DNA of 61,539 bases from assembly GCA_014190275.1 (NCBI GenBank), contig BJGE01000005.1:1-61539 (forward strand). Reading direction: 5' to 3'. Made by a program: the position numbers and the translations under genes. The notes under the pieces are model-generated. The model saw only the letters and a program-made list of their open reading frames with translations. It ran no database searches and had not been told where the DNA came from. Numbering within the stretch: the stretch's first letter is position 1; each line of letters opens with the position of its first letter. Shown here piece after piece: positions 59,119 through 61,539 of this stretch. The DNA comes from Actinomycetes bacterium (GTDB lineage Bacteria > Actinomycetota > Actinomycetes > S36-B12).

Positions 59119-60975
59119 ATGGCCGGAAGGATTCGCGACGACGATGTGGCGCTGGTGCGCGAGCGCGCCAAAATCGACGATATCGTCCGCGAATACGTCA
59201 CTTTGAAGGCCGCTGGCGGGGGTTCGCTCAAGGGAATATGCCCATTTCACGACGAGCGCAGCCCCAGTTTCCACGTCACCCCGAGCCGCGGCATGTGGTA
59301 CTGCTTCGGCTGCGGTGAGGGCGGGGATGTGCTGGCCTTCGTCCAGAAGATAGACCACCTGAGCTTCGCCGAGGTGGTCGAAAAACTCGCGGTCAAGACC
59401 GGGGTGGAACTGCGCTATGTCGAAGGTGGTGCAGCCATCAACAAGCAACAGGGCCAGCGCACCAAACTGATCGAGGCCCACAAGATCGCGGCGGCTTTCT
59501 ATATGGAGCAGTTACTAACACCAGACGCACAAATTGGCCGCACTTTTTTGACCGAGCGCGGTTTTGACGCCGAAGCCGCTAACCATTTTGGGGTTGGGTT
59601 CGCCCCGAAATCCTGGGATGCGCTGACCGGTCACCTGCGGGGCAAAGGCTTCAGCGACCAAGAGTTAATGGCCGGTGGGTTGGTCAGCCAAGGTAACCGC
59701 GGGATCTACGACCGGTTTCGCGGGCGCTTGGTCTGGCCGATCCGCGATCTTGGCGGGGAGGTAATCGGGTTCGGCGCCCGCAAACTATTTGACGATGACG
59801 AGGGCCCAAAGTATCTAAATACCCCGGAGTCACCTCTATATAAGAAGAGCCAGGTGCTTTATGGCATTGATCTGGCCCGCAAGGACATCTCAAAGAGCCA
59901 GCAGGCGGTGATAGTCGAGGGTTATACCGACGTGATGGCCTGTCACCTGGCCGGAGTCACTACCGCGGTAGCGACCTGCGGCACCGCATTCGGCGGCGAG
60001 CACATAAAAATCTTGCGACGCCTGCTAATGGACGACGATCAAATGCGCGGTGAGGTTATCTTCACCTTCGATGGTGACGCGGCCGGGCAAAAAGCAGCGC
60101 TGCGGGCCTTCGAAGAAGACCAGCGGTTCGTCACCCAGACTTTTGTAGCCATTGAAGGCGCGGGCCTAGACCCATGTGACCTGCGGCTAGCGCATGGCGA
60201 TGGAGCCATCAAGGCGCTGGTCGAATCGCGGGTGCCGCTGTTTCAGTTCGCCATCAAGTCGATCATCGCGGGCTACGACTTGAACAACGCCGAAGGGCGT
60301 ATCGCTGCGCTCAAGGAGGCAGCGCCGGTTGTAGCGAAGATTCGCGATACGGCCCTGCGTCCCGAATACAGCCGGTTGCTGGCCGGTTGGCTGGGCCTAG
60401 GCGTTGAGAGCGTCACCACGGCGGTGCAGCAAAGTGGGCGAGCAGCGCCGGTGGCAGCGCGCCCCGGGTCGACCGGTGGCCCGCGTGATCCCGGCCTGAC
60501 CGTTGAACGTGAAGCTTTGAAATGCGTGCTGCAACAGCCCGCGGCCGTCGCTGACTGGTACCAAAGCGTTGAGGAATCGGCGTACACGCATTCCAGCGCC
60601 CAGGGGGTGCATGCGGCAGTCATGAGGGCGGGCGGACCCAAAAAGGAAGTAGCTGGACTTGCTTGGATTGATGCGGTGCTCGAGGTTTGTGCCGATGACG
60701 AAGACCGCCGCATCGTGCGTGAACTATCGGTAGAACCGCTGCCCGCGCAGTCCGGATACGACGCGCACTACGCGGCAAACGTCATCGCCCGCCTGCTCGA
60801 GCTTGACGCCTCGCGCCGGGTCGAGGAAGTGAAAGGTCAATTGCAGCGAACCGACCCGGTCGAACAGGCGGCCGAGCATCAGCAGATCTTCGCCGAACTA
60901 CTTGCCCTTGAGGAGTACCGACGCTCCCTGAGGCGCGGCACCTTGGGGGACGAACCCATCACGAGCAGTAGATGA
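59119..60975 (+). CDS. dnaG: DNA primase
   Basis: CPFH.E..PSF...CFGC Zn domain, DRFR.R, FG.R, PKYLN.PE, VEGY.DV, FDGD.AG TOPRIM; TAGACT 6 nt before ATG. Confidence 0.97.
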   Translation: MAGRIRDDDVALVRERAKIDDIVREYVTLKAAGGGSLKGICPFHDERSPSFHVTPSRGMWYCFGCGEGGDVLAFVQKIDHLSFAEVVEKLAVKTGVELRYVEGGAAINKQQGQRTKLIEAHKIAAAFYMEQLLTPDAQIGRTFLTERGFDAEAANHFGVGFAPKSWDALTGHLRGKGFSDQELMAGGLVSQGNRGIYDRFRGRLVWPIRDLGGEVIGFGARKLFDDDEGPKYLNTPESPLYKKSQVLYGIDLARKDISKSQQAVIVEGYTDVMACHLAGVTTAVATCGTAFGGEHIKILRRLLMDDDQMRGEVIFTFDGDAAGQKAALRAFEEDQRFVTQTFVAIEGAGLDPCDLRLAHGDGAIKALVESRVPLFQFAIKSIIAGYDLNNAEGRIAALKEAAPVVAKIRDTALRPEYSRLLAGWLGLGVESVTTAVQQSGRAAPVAARPGSTGGPRDPGLTVEREALKCVLQQPAAVADWYQSVEESAYTHSSAQGVHAAVMRAGGPKKEVAGLAWIDAVLEVCADDEDRRIVRELSVEPLPAQSGYDAHYAANVIARLLELDASRRVEEVKGQLQRTDPVEQAAEHQQIFAELLALEEYRRSLRRGTLGDEPITSSR

Positions 60976-61478
60976 GGCCGTTCGCCTCCTCGCGCCTTTC
61001 GAAAGGGGCTAAGGCGGACCTAGGGATTGCAAAGTCCGAAAAGGTAATGGCGGTCGGAACGCAACTACCGAGTGGCGAGATGCTGGTGGTAGCCACAAAC
61101 CGGGCGCTGTACCTGCAATCAAGTGGTGAGCGCCTGCGTTGGGATGAGCTGTCGAAAGCCATTTGGGCGGAGCCGATCTTAACCCTGACCTTGATCGATG
61201 ACCTTGGGCAAGTGATCGGCGGGCGGGCTATCGAGCTGGGGCGGGCCACCGACTTACCCGCGGCGATTTATGACCGGGTAACCGATAGCGTCATCGTCAG
61301 CGAACGGGCAGATCTGGGCAATGGGGCGGGGGCCATGCTGGTTGCCCGGCGCAATAGTGATGCCGACCAGATCTGGTGGTCGGTGGTTTTCGAGGCGGGA
61401 CTTGACCCGAAAGATCCCGCGCTAATCACCCGAGCGACAAAGGAATTGTCCCAATTGCGCGCGTCTTTAGGTATTTAG
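60972..61478 (+). CDS. Hypothetical protein (possibly PH-domain-like)
   Basis: ATGA overlap with the dnaG stop; VATNRAL and W..L..A.W pattern; plausible composition. Confidence 0.7.
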   Translation: MRPFASSRLSKGAKADLGIAKSEKVMAVGTQLPSGEMLVVATNRALYLQSSGERLRWDELSKAIWAEPILTLTLIDDLGQVIGGRAIELGRATDLPAAIYDRVTDSVIVSERADLGNGAGAMLVARRNSDADQIWWSVVFEAGLDPKDPALITRATKELSQLRASLGI

Positions 61479-61539
61479 CGCCCGCCGCCGAAAAAACCTT
61501 TGAAACGTTTCCACCCTTTTTTCATGCTCAGCATTGCAT

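Noticed and set aside
61479-61539. tRNA, terminator or next gene at the right edge
   Set aside because: About 60 nt with no recognisable cloverleaf, stem or ORF.

Overview
A GC-rich actinobacterial chromosomal segment, mostly housekeeping genes in typical Actinomycetota order: folC-DUF4233-ndk-mreBCD-mrdA-rodA-radical SAM pair-rne-rplU-rpmA-obgE-proB-proA-nadD-rsfS-histidine phosphatase-tRNA-Ala...leuS-degV-plsY-comEA-comEC-holA / rpsT / lepA-hemW...hrcA-dnaJ-rsmE-HIT-phoH-ybeY-CBS protein-cdd-like-era-recO-uppS...glyQS / hup / MFS / dusB-YdcF-dgt...dnaG. The taxon is inferred from gene order and mreBCD, not determined. I see no CRISPR array, rRNA, prophage or intact transposase. The unexplained structure is mostly intergenic: (i) decayed pieces of a Y1/HUH (RAYT-like) transposase at 1-190 (catalytic-Tyr part) and about 22.85 kb (HUH part), plus a diverged sequence shared between the 22.5 kb and 37.2 kb spacers; (ii) two ~68-bp palindromes that could be REP-like; (iii) a 12-bp x7 tandem repeat directly before the lepA ribosome-binding site; (iv) a probable CTG start for the GpgP-like phosphatase; (v) many apparently leaderless genes; (vi) a three-gene insert between dgt and dnaG with an apparently internally duplicated membrane histidine kinase, a convergent response regulator and an overlapping PLP enzyme gene. 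All family calls rest on motif recognition and synteny; no searches were run.
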